DNA from: a bacterium
Lineage (GTDB): Bacteria; UBA8248
DNA: 64,000 bases
NCBI GenBank assembly: GCA_965200245.1
Contig: CBDATS010000004.1
Location: 256,001 to 320,000 of the forward strand
Reading direction: 5' to 3'
The notes below the pieces were generated by a model. The model did not search any database. It saw only the letters and a program-made list of their open reading frames with translations, and had not been told where the DNA came from. Numbering within the stretch: the stretch's first letter is position 1; each line of letters starts with the position of its first letter. The position numbers and the translations under genes were made by a program. This document shows, one piece after another, positions 29,083-38,656 of this stretch.

Positions 29083-31410
29083 ATGCCCGATGGGAGGGAC
29101 GGGGTCGAGAAACGCCATCACAGTTCCCACTGGGGGGCTTTCCGGGCGCACGTACGCGATGGCCGCATGGTGGGCTTCGAGCCCTTCTCCCATGATCCAG
29201 CGCCCTCCCCCATCCTAGAGTCCATCCAGGATGCCATATATGACGAAACCCGCATCTCCCGGCCCATGATCCGCGCGGGCTGGCTCGAGCACGGCCCCGG
29301 CAAACACACCGAAGGACGCGGCGGCGAACCCTTCGTGCCAGTTTCCTGGGAGACGGTCCTCGGGATGGTCTCTGACGAGATAGAGCGAATCAGGACCGAA
29401 CACGGCAACGAATCCATTTTCGCCGGTTCATACGGCTGGGCGAGCGCGGGCCGCTTCCACCATGCCAATACTTTACTCAAGAGATTCTTCAATTGCTACG
29501 GCGGCTTTACGGATCAGGTGACCACTTACAGCATCGCCGCGGGATACGTCATCCTCCCCCATGTCCTGGGGGACAATGTCGCCTGCTCGGGTCCTATCAC
29601 GACGTGGGACAGTATCGAGCAGGAGGGCGGGCTTTTCGTCATGTTCGGCGGCATACCGGTCAAGAACACGCAGGTCGCTGCGGGAGGTACGGGAGAACAC
29701 ACTCTCGAGCTTTGGCTCGAAAGGGCGAAGGCGAACGGGGTGGAATTCGTGAACGTAAGCCCCTTGAAAGACGATGTGCCCGATTTCCTGGAGGCCCAGT
29801 GGCTCGCCGTACGCCCCAATACGGACGTGGCGCTCATGCTCGGCCTCGCTCATACGCTTTGGGAGGAGAACCTGCATGACAAGGAGTTCCTCGCGCGCTA
29901 TTGCGTGGGTTTCGAGAGGTTCGAAGCCTATCTGACGGGTGAAACCGACGGCTGGCCCAAAACCGCGGACTGGGCGGCTCCCATCACGGGAATCGGGGCG
30001 GACGTCATTCGAAGCCTCGCCCGGCGCATGGCGGGCGTGCGAACCATGCTCAACACGAACTGGTCGCTTCAGCGCGGGGACCACGGTGAGCAGACGTTCT
30101 GGATGACTACCACGCTCGCCGCCATGCTCGGGCAAATCGGGCTGCCCGCCGGCGGGTTCGGCTTCGGCTACGGGAGCATGGGCGGGCGCGGAACGCCGCG
30201 CGAGGACATTCCCTCCGTCAAGATGAATTTCGGAAAAAACCCGACGGGCAGCTTCATCCCCGTCGCCCGTATCGCGGACATGATGCTCCAGCCCGGTGGG
30301 GAATACGACTTCAACGGCGAGCGCCGCACTTACCCCGATATCCGCATGGTGTACTGGTGCGGCGGCAATCCCTTCCACCACCATCAGGATCTGAACCGGC
30401 TGGTGAAGGCGTGGCGGCGGCCTGAAACCATTGTCGTCCACGACCCCTGGTGGACATCCACCGCGCGTCATGCGGATATCGTGCTGCCCGCCACAACGAC
30501 GCTCGAGCGTAACGACATCGGCTCGAGTTCGAGGGATCGCTTCATCCTTGCAATGCACAAGGTCATCGAGCCAGTAGGTGATGCCCGACACGATTTCGAC
30601 ATCTTCTCAGATTTGTCCGAGCGCCTCGGCTTCAAGCGTGCGTTCACCGAAGACCGTAACGAGATGGAATGGCTCCGGCACATCTACGAAGAGGCACGCC
30701 AGAAGGCCGCTTCCAAAGGCGTAGTTCTCGACACGTTCGATCATTTCTGGGAGACGGGGCACACAGAAGTCGCCCCGCCGGAGACGCCCTACGTCTACCT
30801 GGCCGATTTCCGGGAAGACCCGGAAAAACACGCGCTCAAAACGCCTTCGGGGAAGATAGAGATATTTTCCGAGCGCATCGAGAGCTTCGGTTATGACGAT
30901 TGTCCGCCCCACCCCGCCTGGCTTGAACCCATAGAATGGCTTGGAAGCGAACTGGCGGAGAAATTTCCGCTGCACCTGATCTCGAACCAGCCGCGCACGA
31001 GACTCCATGGCCAGATGGACAGCGGTTCCACCAGCATCAAGAGCAAGATTCAGGGCAGAGAGCCGGTGTGGATTCATCCCGAAGACGCCACCGCGCGGGG
31101 AATCCGAGGCGGAGACGTCGTGCGAATCTTCAACGAACGGGGTGCGATCCTGGCCGGTGCCGTCATCACTGACGGGCTGCTGCCGGGCGTCATCCAGCTC
31201 TCAACGGGTGCATGGTACGACCCGCAGGAGCCGGGCAGAATCGGCGCGCTCGACAAACACGGAAATCCCAACGTCTTGACACCCGACAAGGGAACCTCGA
31301 GCCTCGGACAGGGCCCTAGCGCGCACAGCGCGCTGGTGGAGATGGAACGCTACGAGGAGGAGCTTCCCGAGGTTACGGCGTTTCAACCCCCATCCCTAAT
31401 CGAGGCGTAG
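29083..31410 (+). CDS. DMSO/TMAO reductase-family bis-MGD enzyme, cytoplasmic BisC-like
   Basis: SHWG, GSYGWASAGRFHHA, YS, GGNPFHHHQDLN, ADIVLPATT.LER, TGAWYDP, HGNPNVLT; no Tat signal. Confidence 0.92.
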   Translation: MPDGRDGVEKRHHSSHWGAFRAHVRDGRMVGFEPFSHDPAPSPILESIQDAIYDETRISRPMIRAGWLEHGPGKHTEGRGGEPFVPVSWETVLGMVSDEIERIRTEHGNESIFAGSYGWASAGRFHHANTLLKRFFNCYGGFTDQVTTYSIAAGYVILPHVLGDNVACSGPITTWDSIEQEGGLFVMFGGIPVKNTQVAAGGTGEHTLELWLERAKANGVEFVNVSPLKDDVPDFLEAQWLAVRPNTDVALMLGLAHTLWEENLHDKEFLARYCVGFERFEAYLTGETDGWPKTADWAAPITGIGADVIRSLARRMAGVRTMLNTNWSLQRGDHGEQTFWMTTTLAAMLGQIGLPAGGFGFGYGSMGGRGTPREDIPSVKMNFGKNPTGSFIPVARIADMMLQPGGEYDFNGERRTYPDIRMVYWCGGNPFHHHQDLNRLVKAWRRPETIVVHDPWWTSTARHADIVLPATTTLERNDIGSSSRDRFILAMHKVIEPVGDARHDFDIFSDLSERLGFKRAFTEDRNEMEWLRHIYEEARQKAASKGVVLDTFDHFWETGHTEVAPPETPYVYLADFREDPEKHALKTPSGKIEIFSERIESFGYDDCPPHPAWLEPIEWLGSELAEKFPLHLISNQPRTRLHGQMDSGSTSIKSKIQGREPVWIHPEDATARGIRGGDVVRIFNERGAILAGAVITDGLLPGVIQLSTGAWYDPQEPGRIGALDKHGNPNVLTPDKGTSSLGQGPSAHSALVEMERYEEELPEVTAFQPPSLIEA

Positions 31411-32802
31411 ATGTCCAAAAAATTCTTCTCGGATCATGCAAAGTGGCCCCGGTGCGTTTCGGGAGGGCCTTTTCTGTTCTTCAGCGGGCGGATGGGGATG
31501 CATCCGAAAACGGGGAACATTTGCACCAGGTACACCGACATCGGCGAGAAGGGGCCTGCCCGGACGAAAAACTATCCCTGGGTCGACAGGATAGAAGCGC
31601 CCATCGGCGCTCAAGCCATCGCCACTTATGAAGGTGTGGGAGAAACGCTTGAAGCGAAAGACGGGGGGCTTGAGAACCTGCTCAGGTTCCATCTCTATCA
31701 GCTCGACAAGCGCTTTTTCCCGGTATTCGACAGCATCCGGCGTCACTATGAACCGAAAGCACCGACGCCGAGCACCGCCGTGGGCATGGGCGCGTTCGAC
31801 CCGGAAAGATCCGTGCGCTTCAACATCGACGGCATCGCCTTGAACCCGGAAGCCGCGAGAACCCTGGGTAAAAGAATGGTGCATGAAGGCTCCAGGGCGC
31901 ATTCAGCCGCGGCTCATTTCTCCCACGTCGTGGGAGCGGGACCGTACCTTTTCGTCGCCGGACAGATTCCGACGGATACCTCGAAACCCGGATCCCCCCT
32001 CATTCGCAACTACCCCGACATCCCCAAAAGAGGGAGATTCCTCTCCGTCAGCCAGAGCCACGAGGACAGCCGGAACGGCCCCATCGCCGCGCAATCGTGG
32101 TTCGTCTACGATCTCATCCGCAAACACTTGGAGGGTTCGGGGTCTTCTCTTGAAAATATCCTGAACCTCACCGTCTATCTCCAGGACATGCGGGATTTCC
32201 CCACCTTCCACCGCATTCACGAGCGATTTTTCCCGAAAGACCCGCCCGCCCTCACGGTAATGCAGGTAGCAGAAGTCGGCCACAAGGGGGAGAAGATCGA
32301 AATCGAACCCACGGCGCTGATGAACAAAGGCAAAATCAAGCGTGAGGTCCTTCAGGGAGAAAATCCGCTCGGTGCACAGATGAGTCTGGGCATCACGGCA
32401 GGCGGTCTGTTGTTCCTCTCGAACCTTGTCGGGCTGAACGAGGACGGCAATCCGATCAGCAAGAGAACCGAACTTAAGGGAGCACTCCGCAGGAAACTGC
32501 CGAAAGCGTCTTCGCCAGCTACGAGAAACGCCGTACTACAAGGGCTTGCGATTCTGGATCACATGGAAAGCGCGATGCATGCCACAGACTCCGACATGAG
32601 CCGGGTGACACACCTGACGCTGTTTCTCAGGAACATCGCGCATCTCTCGGCGATCGAACCTTTGTTCAAAAAGTATTTTCCGAAGCGAAGACCGGCCTTC
32701 ACCGCCATTCAGATACCCGAGACCTCGCCCGTGGCGAGCACAGAAGTCTCGATGACGGCCATCGGCTGGATTGGGGACGGCGAACCGGAGATCATCGCGT
32801 AA
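31411..32802 (+). CDS. Three-domain RidA/YjgF-family protein
   Basis: Three repeats of (G)xxLFxSG...Q..........LENx...xxYL/FL...P-T pattern. Confidence 0.75.
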   Translation: MSKKFFSDHAKWPRCVSGGPFLFFSGRMGMHPKTGNICTRYTDIGEKGPARTKNYPWVDRIEAPIGAQAIATYEGVGETLEAKDGGLENLLRFHLYQLDKRFFPVFDSIRRHYEPKAPTPSTAVGMGAFDPERSVRFNIDGIALNPEAARTLGKRMVHEGSRAHSAAAHFSHVVGAGPYLFVAGQIPTDTSKPGSPLIRNYPDIPKRGRFLSVSQSHEDSRNGPIAAQSWFVYDLIRKHLEGSGSSLENILNLTVYLQDMRDFPTFHRIHERFFPKDPPALTVMQVAEVGHKGEKIEIEPTALMNKGKIKREVLQGENPLGAQMSLGITAGGLLFLSNLVGLNEDGNPISKRTELKGALRRKLPKASSPATRNAVLQGLAILDHMESAMHATDSDMSRVTHLTLFLRNIAHLSAIEPLFKKYFPKRRPAFTAIQIPETSPVASTEVSMTAIGWIGDGEPEIIA

Positions 32803-33016
32803 GACTAGTTCGTGTCGCAGACCCTGTCCCGACGAGGTCTTCGATGAGTGTGGCGAAACCGTTGTAGTCCAACTCTCCACGATCCGCCGTCGCGCCGTCC
32901 ACCATGATGGAGAGCGTTCCCTCCTTTCGCCTCAAAGTCCCCGCTACCTTGGGCGAAACGACGGAACCCGAAGATGTCGCCCAGGCATGATCGGGTGATG
33001 ACGGCACCGAAATCAT
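32792..33016 (-). pseudogene. Internally deleted beta-hydroxyacid dehydrogenase remnant
   Basis: Motifs MISVPSSPD, EGTLSIMVDG and RGELDYNGFATLIEDL in correct order but compressed into 74 codons. Confidence 0.45.
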
Positions 33017-33165
33017 GTATCGCCCGCCTGAGAATGACAAGGCGGTTGGTCCCTTGAACGCCGTATCTGCAGAATAAAGCAACAAGGGAAAAATTTGTAG
33101 ACCGACGTCTCTGGTGTAATCGTGCAGGTCAGGTTGACCGGGGCGCGCTTTCGCGTCCTGGCGGA

Positions 33166-34503
33166 TTACCCGCCGAACCGTGATTCCAGCCACTTTGCCG
33201 TCCTCAGCAGTCTGGCGTCGTCCCCCTTGGGTCCCACGAGTTGCACGCCGATCGGCATCCCGTCCGCTCCCTTGAGCAGAGGAACCGTGACGGCCGGCGT
33301 TCCGCACAAGGTCCAGATAGTGCAAAAAACGGGATTGCCCGTGGCCCCCAGCCCAAGCGGCGCCTGTCCCGGCGCAGGCGGGGTAAGGAGCGCGTCGAAG
33401 CGCTCGAAAACCTTTCCCAGCAAAGCGTTCAGCACGGACACACGCTCCACCGCCCGTGTGTAATCCACTGCGAGATAAGCTTTGCCGCGTTCCATCATTT
33501 GGCGAAGAAGATCGCTCAGTCCGTCCTTTCCGCGTTCGTATTCCGCTTCGAAGTTCCGCGCAAGGTTCGATTCCAGGATGATTTGGTGCCATTCGATCGC
33601 GCTTTGGAAAGGTTCTGGTAGTTCTACTTCTTCCACTGTCTCCTCACCCAGACTCTTCGCCAATCCCTCAAAGGCCACCTGCGCGTCTTGATCGGCCTGA
33701 TCCCAAACGTGTGTTTTCACGAACGCGAAACGCGGGGTGACGGGAGGCTCCAAAGAAACAGTCTCCAGCAGTCCCGATGCCCTGCCAGGCCGCATATCCG
33801 GGTCGCGCCCGTCGAATACCATCACCTGATCGCCCAGGAAAGCGAGGTCTTCGATCGAGCGCGCGAAAAGTCCCACGTGATCGATCGGTCTCGACTGCGG
33901 CAGCATGCCGTAGCGCGAAATCGACCCGAATGTGGGCTTGAAGCCGCAGACGCCGCAAAAAGAGGCGGGTCGTATGGTCGACCCGTTCGTCTGGCTCCCC
34001 ACCGCCACAGGAACCATGTACGAAGCGACGGCGGCAGCGGAACCGCTCGACGAACCGCCGGGCGTCCGGTCTGGATCGTGGGGGTTTTTCGTCTTGCCGG
34101 GAGAATAGACGGCGAACTCCGTCGTTACGGTCTTGCCCAGGATGACGGCACCCGCACTCTTGAGCAGGGATACGACGGCGGCGTCCTCGTTAGGTTGGCG
34201 GCCCGCGTGAAGTATGGAACCATTTTCGGTAGGCAATCCGGCGGTGTCAATGATGTCCTTGATTCCGACGGGAACCCCGTGCAAAGGCCCGAGGGCTTTC
34301 TTTTCCTCCCTGGCAATGTCGGCCTCTCTGGCCTGCCTGAGGGCGAATTCCTCATCAAGGTGCTCCCAGGCACCGATTTCCTCCTCGCACTCCGCGATGC
34401 GGGTCAGGCACGCTCTTACGAGTTCCTCGGAAGTTAATTCGCCTTCGCGTATCGCCCGTGCTGCGCGAAGAGCACTCCAATGAACGGGATTCGTCGTTTC
34501 CAT
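33166..34503 (-). CDS. Amidase signature family protein
   Basis: GPLHGVPVGIKD, TPGGSSSGSAAAV, GSQTNGSTIRPASFCG. Confidence 0.92.
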   Translation of the reverse strand: METTNPVHWSALRAARAIREGELTSEELVRACLTRIAECEEEIGAWEHLDEEFALRQAREADIAREEKKALGPLHGVPVGIKDIIDTAGLPTENGSILHAGRQPNEDAAVVSLLKSAGAVILGKTVTTEFAVYSPGKTKNPHDPDRTPGGSSSGSAAAVASYMVPVAVGSQTNGSTIRPASFCGVCGFKPTFGSISRYGMLPQSRPIDHVGLFARSIEDLAFLGDQVMVFDGRDPDMRPGRASGLLETVSLEPPVTPRFAFVKTHVWDQADQDAQVAFEGLAKSLGEETVEEVELPEPFQSAIEWHQIILESNLARNFEAEYERGKDGLSDLLRQMMERGKAYLAVDYTRAVERVSVLNALLGKVFERFDALLTPPAPGQAPLGLGATGNPVFCTIWTLCGTPAVTVPLLKGADGMPIGVQLVGPKGDDARLLRTAKWLESRFGG

Positions 34504-34563
34504 TAGACTTTCCTCCAATCTGCACGTTTCACCGTCAGGCGCATATCTCCAGTATTGTGCTCA

Positions 34564-35460
34564 TCAGGGACGCTCCGCCAAGCCCAGAAGCATTCCCACT
34601 GCAGCGAAATCCAGGTGTCCCAAACCCTCGCGCGAAGCCATGCGGTAGACCTGGTTCGCCGCCGCGCCCGAGGGACACGGAATCCCAAGTGCCATCAAAG
34701 CGGAAACAGCCAGGGACATGTCCTTGAGCATCAAGTCCACCGTAAATCCGGCTTCGAAATTCTTGCTCGAAGGCGCACCCTCGATGAGGTTGGCACACGG
34801 TGGGTCTTTTTCCATCACCCAGCTTCCGCCGCTGCTCGTGCGAATCACCTCGTGCAGAATCTTGGTGTCCACACCCGAGGCCTGGCCCATGGCGAACGCC
34901 TCCGCCGCCGCCACCATGGTGACGCCCGCGATGAGATTGTTGCAGAGTTTCGCGACCTGCCCCGCGCCATGTTCCCCTACGTGAATGATGTTTTTCCCCA
35001 GCAACTCCAGCACGGGCTGCGCCGTCTCGAAAGCCTCTTTCGGCCCGCCAACCATGATGGTAAGGCTCGCCGCCTCCGCCCCCATCACCCCGCCTGAGAC
35101 GGGCGCGTCAATCGCCACCCCGCCGCGTTCCGCCGCCGAGGCGGCGAGCTTGCGGCTCTGCGCGGGCTCTATGGTGGAGAGATCGACCAACAAGCCGCCC
35201 TCGCCTACGGCTTCCAAGAGACCACCCTCGCCCATGAATACCTCTTCCACCTCAGTTCCCGTGGGAAGGGACGTGAGCACGATCTCGCACGTAGCTGCGA
35301 GTTCCGCCGGGCTCGACGCCTCGAAGGCGCCATGAGACACAGCGCGTTCCACGGACTCGCGAACGACGTCCACAACGCCCACTTCATGGCCCGCCTTTAT
35401 AAGGTGCGGCACCATGCGGCCACCCATCGCTCCCACGCCGACAAAACCTAATCGCTTCAT
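34564..35460 (-). CDS. 3-hydroxyisobutyrate dehydrogenase family (beta-hydroxyacid dehydrogenase)
   Basis: GFVGVGAMG, DAPVSGG, LTIMVGG, KLCNN, LMLKD. Confidence 0.9.
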   Translation of the reverse strand: MKRLGFVGVGAMGGRMVPHLIKAGHEVGVVDVVRESVERAVSHGAFEASSPAELAATCEIVLTSLPTGTEVEEVFMGEGGLLEAVGEGGLLVDLSTIEPAQSRKLAASAAERGGVAIDAPVSGGVMGAEAASLTIMVGGPKEAFETAQPVLELLGKNIIHVGEHGAGQVAKLCNNLIAGVTMVAAAEAFAMGQASGVDTKILHEVIRTSSGGSWVMEKDPPCANLIEGAPSSKNFEAGFTVDLMLKDMSLAVSALMALGIPCPSGAAANQVYRMASREGLGHLDFAAVGMLLGLAERP

Positions 35461-35483
35461 GAGTTATCCTCCACGAAAACTTG

Positions 35484-36876
35484 TCACGTCCTCATTTGTC
35501 CTGCTCTGGATAGAAATTTCCCCGCCACCGCGCACAGGAACCCTTCCCTGAAGGCGGGCGCAAGCAAAGTCATCCCAATGGGCAATCCGTTCGAGTAAAA
35601 ACCGTTCGGGACGGCGATGGCACATAAGTCCAGCAAATTCACAAAGTTCGTATAAATCCCCAGGTTCGTGTTCAAAGCGACGGGGTCGGCTCTTATCTTC
35701 TCAATCGTGTAGGCCGTGGGTGTCGTAGGAACCAAAATATATTCAATATCTTTCCAGAGGTTTTTTGTTTCGCGTTTCAACTCCTCCTGGCGATAGAAGG
35801 CCCGGAAAACATCGACCGCCGAATACCGGGCGGCGCCGGCAATCAACTCCCTCGTTACGGGATGCAGGGCATCGGGTTTCTCCTCGAAAAAATCCTCGAT
35901 CGCCGCCAGACGCTCCACCATCCATGGACCATCGTAGAGGAGTGTCGCTGCCTCGAATAAAGGCGAGAAATCGACTTGCCGAACTGTCGTGCCCATTTGC
36001 TCGATGCACTCAATTCCCTTTTCATAGGCGCTTTGCGCTTCAGCGTCTCCCAGAAAATCTCTTTGTCCGGGGAGAGGAACACCGGCCTGAAGACTTTCCG
36101 GCAAGTCGACCATCTTCAAAGACGACCCTGGAGGAAGCGCGCGGCTGTACGGGTCCACATCGGGCGTAGCCATCACATCGAGCACGCAAAGCGCATCCGA
36201 TGTCTCGAGAGCAAAGACAGATACACAATCGAGCGTGCGGCAAGCGGGAACCACGCCCCGCGTGCTCACCAGTCCCCGAGAAGGCTTGAGACCGATAATA
36301 TTGTTGAAGCCCGCGGGAACCCGGCCCGAGCCCGCCGTGTCCGTGCCGAGAGCGAAACTCACCAGACCTGCCGCGACGGCCACTGCCGAGCCCGAACTCG
36401 AGCCCCCCGGAACGTAATCCGCATGAAACGGATTCCCGGGCCACACCATAGGGGCTGCGCATGCCGACGAGACCCAGCGCAAACTGATCCAGGTTCGTCT
36501 TGCCGACGAAAACGGCCCCGGCGTCAATCAAAAGCGTCACGCATGGAGCGCTTTCCCTGGGTGTATAGGCGTATTCGGGACACGCTGCCGTCGTCGGAAC
36601 CCCCGCGACGTCGATGTTGTCTTTCACCGCGAAGGGAACGCCGTACAAGAGAAGTTTCTCCGCATCCGCGCTGCGGGCCTCCAACTCTCGCGCGCGAGCC
36701 AGCAAATTCTCCTCGGGTTCGACATGAATCCACACGCCATCCTCACCGCGCGCTGCGATCTGCTCACAAACCCTATGCACCACATCCTTAAGCGTCAGTT
36801 CGCCCGAGATATACGCTGTCTTGAGGCGCGAGAATCTCATCTCATCCACGCTTGGCACCGCGCCCGACTCAATCAT
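35484..36876 (-). pseudogene. atzF: Allophanate hydrolase (AtzF-like amidase domain), +1 frameshift at ~36437
   Basis: KDNIDVAG.PTTAACP, GKTNLDQFA.GLVG.RSPYG, then frame change to NPF..YVPGGSSSGS, GTDTAGSGRVPA, YTNFVNLLD. Confidence 0.85.
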
Positions 36877-38420
36877 CCACTACTATCACGGGAATCGCGC
36901 TCCACCATCTCGCGAAGCGCCGTCTTGAGAACTTTTCCGTAGTTGTTCTTTGGCAAGGCTTCGATGAAACAGCACGCGCGGGGACGCTTGAAACGCGCGA
37001 TGTGTTCGAGACACAAGCCGTCGAGTTCTTCCTCGCTAACCTGTTGCCCATCCTTGCGCACCACGAAAGCCATCACCTCCTCTCCCCAATCAGGATGTGG
37101 ACGCCCGATGACGGAGACCTCCAGAACACCCTCGTGGCGCAGCAGTACTTCCTCCACCTCGCGTGGATAGATGTTGCTGCCACCGCTGATGATGAGATCC
37201 TTGGAGCGATCCTTCAGGGTAAGAAAACCATCCTCATCCATTACGCCTACATCGCCCGTGTGAAGCCAGCCTCCCTTGAGCGCGCTCGCCGTGGCCTCGG
37301 GGTTGTCCCAATAACCTTTCATGACAACGTCACCGCGTACAAGCACCTCTCCTGTCTCGCCGGGCGGCAGGGTGTTGTCCTCGGCGTCCACCACGCGCAC
37401 TTCGACCACGGTGTGCGGCACCCCGACAGACGCAAGCCGCTCCTCGAAGCGCGGATGCTGCGTATCGACGTGCCGATCCTTGGAGACAACCGTGATGGTC
37501 ATGGGGCTTTCCCCCTGTCCGTATACCTGAACAAGTTTTTTACCCAGAGCCTCCATCGCCTTTTTGAGATCTTCCACGTACATTGGCCCACCGCCATAGG
37601 CGATGGTCTTGAGGTTCTGCGTATCCGCTCCCTTGATCGCCTCACTCTGAACGAGGCGCGTCACCATGGTGGGTGCCGCAAACATGGTGAGACCCGTGTA
37701 AGCCTCGATAAGCCGAAAAATCTCCGGTGGATCGAAGCCTCCGCTCTCGGGAACAATGTTGTTTGCCGCCTTGTAGATGTGCGGTATCGCATAAAGACCT
37801 GAGCCGTGGGACATGGGGGCGGCGTGGAGGATGCAATCGTTTTCAGAGACCGGATCGACATCGGCGAAATAACTCAAGGACATGCTGTGGAGGTTTTGGT
37901 GTGTAAGCATGGCGCCTTTCGGCCTGCACGTCGTGCCGCTCGTATAGAAGAGCCAAGCCAAGTCATCCGGTCTCTGGGGTTCGACAGGAACAGCTTCGCG
38001 CGACTGAATCGCCAGGTAATCGGAGGTATCAACCTCCATCACGCTCTCCAAAGTCCTGATTTCATCGACTAGCGGCGCGACCGTCTCCATCAAGTCGGAG
38101 GTGGCGAAGCAACACCGCGCACCCGCGTTTTCAAGGATGAAGGCCATTTCCCTTGGATGGAGTTTCGCGTTGATCGGCAACGCACAGCAACCCGCGTGCC
38201 ATATGGCGTAGAGAACCTCCAGAAACGCCGGGCAGTTCTTCATGGTGATGGCTGCGCGATCCCCGGGTCTCAGCCCAAGTTCGTCATTGAGATAACCCGC
38301 CATGGCGGCCGCCCTACGGGCGAGCGTCTCATACGTGCAATGAACCGACTCGCCATGAGATATAGCGGGCCGCTCTCCACAGGCTCTCGCAGCCCGTGCC
38401 AAATACTCCGCTATGTTCAT
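36873..38420 (-). CDS. Acyl-CoA synthetase / AMP-binding ligase
   Basis: YTSGTTCRPKG, YGQGE, TGD, RSKDLIISGGSNIYPREVE, LPKNNYGK. Confidence 0.9.
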   Translation of the reverse strand: MNIAEYLARAARACGERPAISHGESVHCTYETLARRAAAMAGYLNDELGLRPGDRAAITMKNCPAFLEVLYAIWHAGCCALPINAKLHPREMAFILENAGARCCFATSDLMETVAPLVDEIRTLESVMEVDTSDYLAIQSREAVPVEPQRPDDLAWLFYTSGTTCRPKGAMLTHQNLHSMSLSYFADVDPVSENDCILHAAPMSHGSGLYAIPHIYKAANNIVPESGGFDPPEIFRLIEAYTGLTMFAAPTMVTRLVQSEAIKGADTQNLKTIAYGGGPMYVEDLKKAMEALGKKLVQVYGQGESPMTITVVSKDRHVDTQHPRFEERLASVGVPHTVVEVRVVDAEDNTLPPGETGEVLVRGDVVMKGYWDNPEATASALKGGWLHTGDVGVMDEDGFLTLKDRSKDLIISGGSNIYPREVEEVLLRHEGVLEVSVIGRPHPDWGEEVMAFVVRKDGQQVSEEELDGLCLEHIARFKRPRACCFIEALPKNNYGKVLKTALREMVERDSRDSSG

Positions 38421-38656
38421 CTGAAGCCGCCCTCCCGGAAGTTATGCCCATGACTCGCGAAACTGCACAATTTCATGAGCGCCTTATCGATGGAAGATTT
38501 TCGCCTCATCCATGGATCGTACGCCATATCCGGAACCATGAATATGCGCTAGTATTAAAGCACATATCAGCATTTCTTGGACCGCAACCCCGGCCGGGAA
38601 AATCGTATCGGCGAGAGGAGCGAGCGTTTCCGGTTGCAGCCCATGGAGGCAAATCC

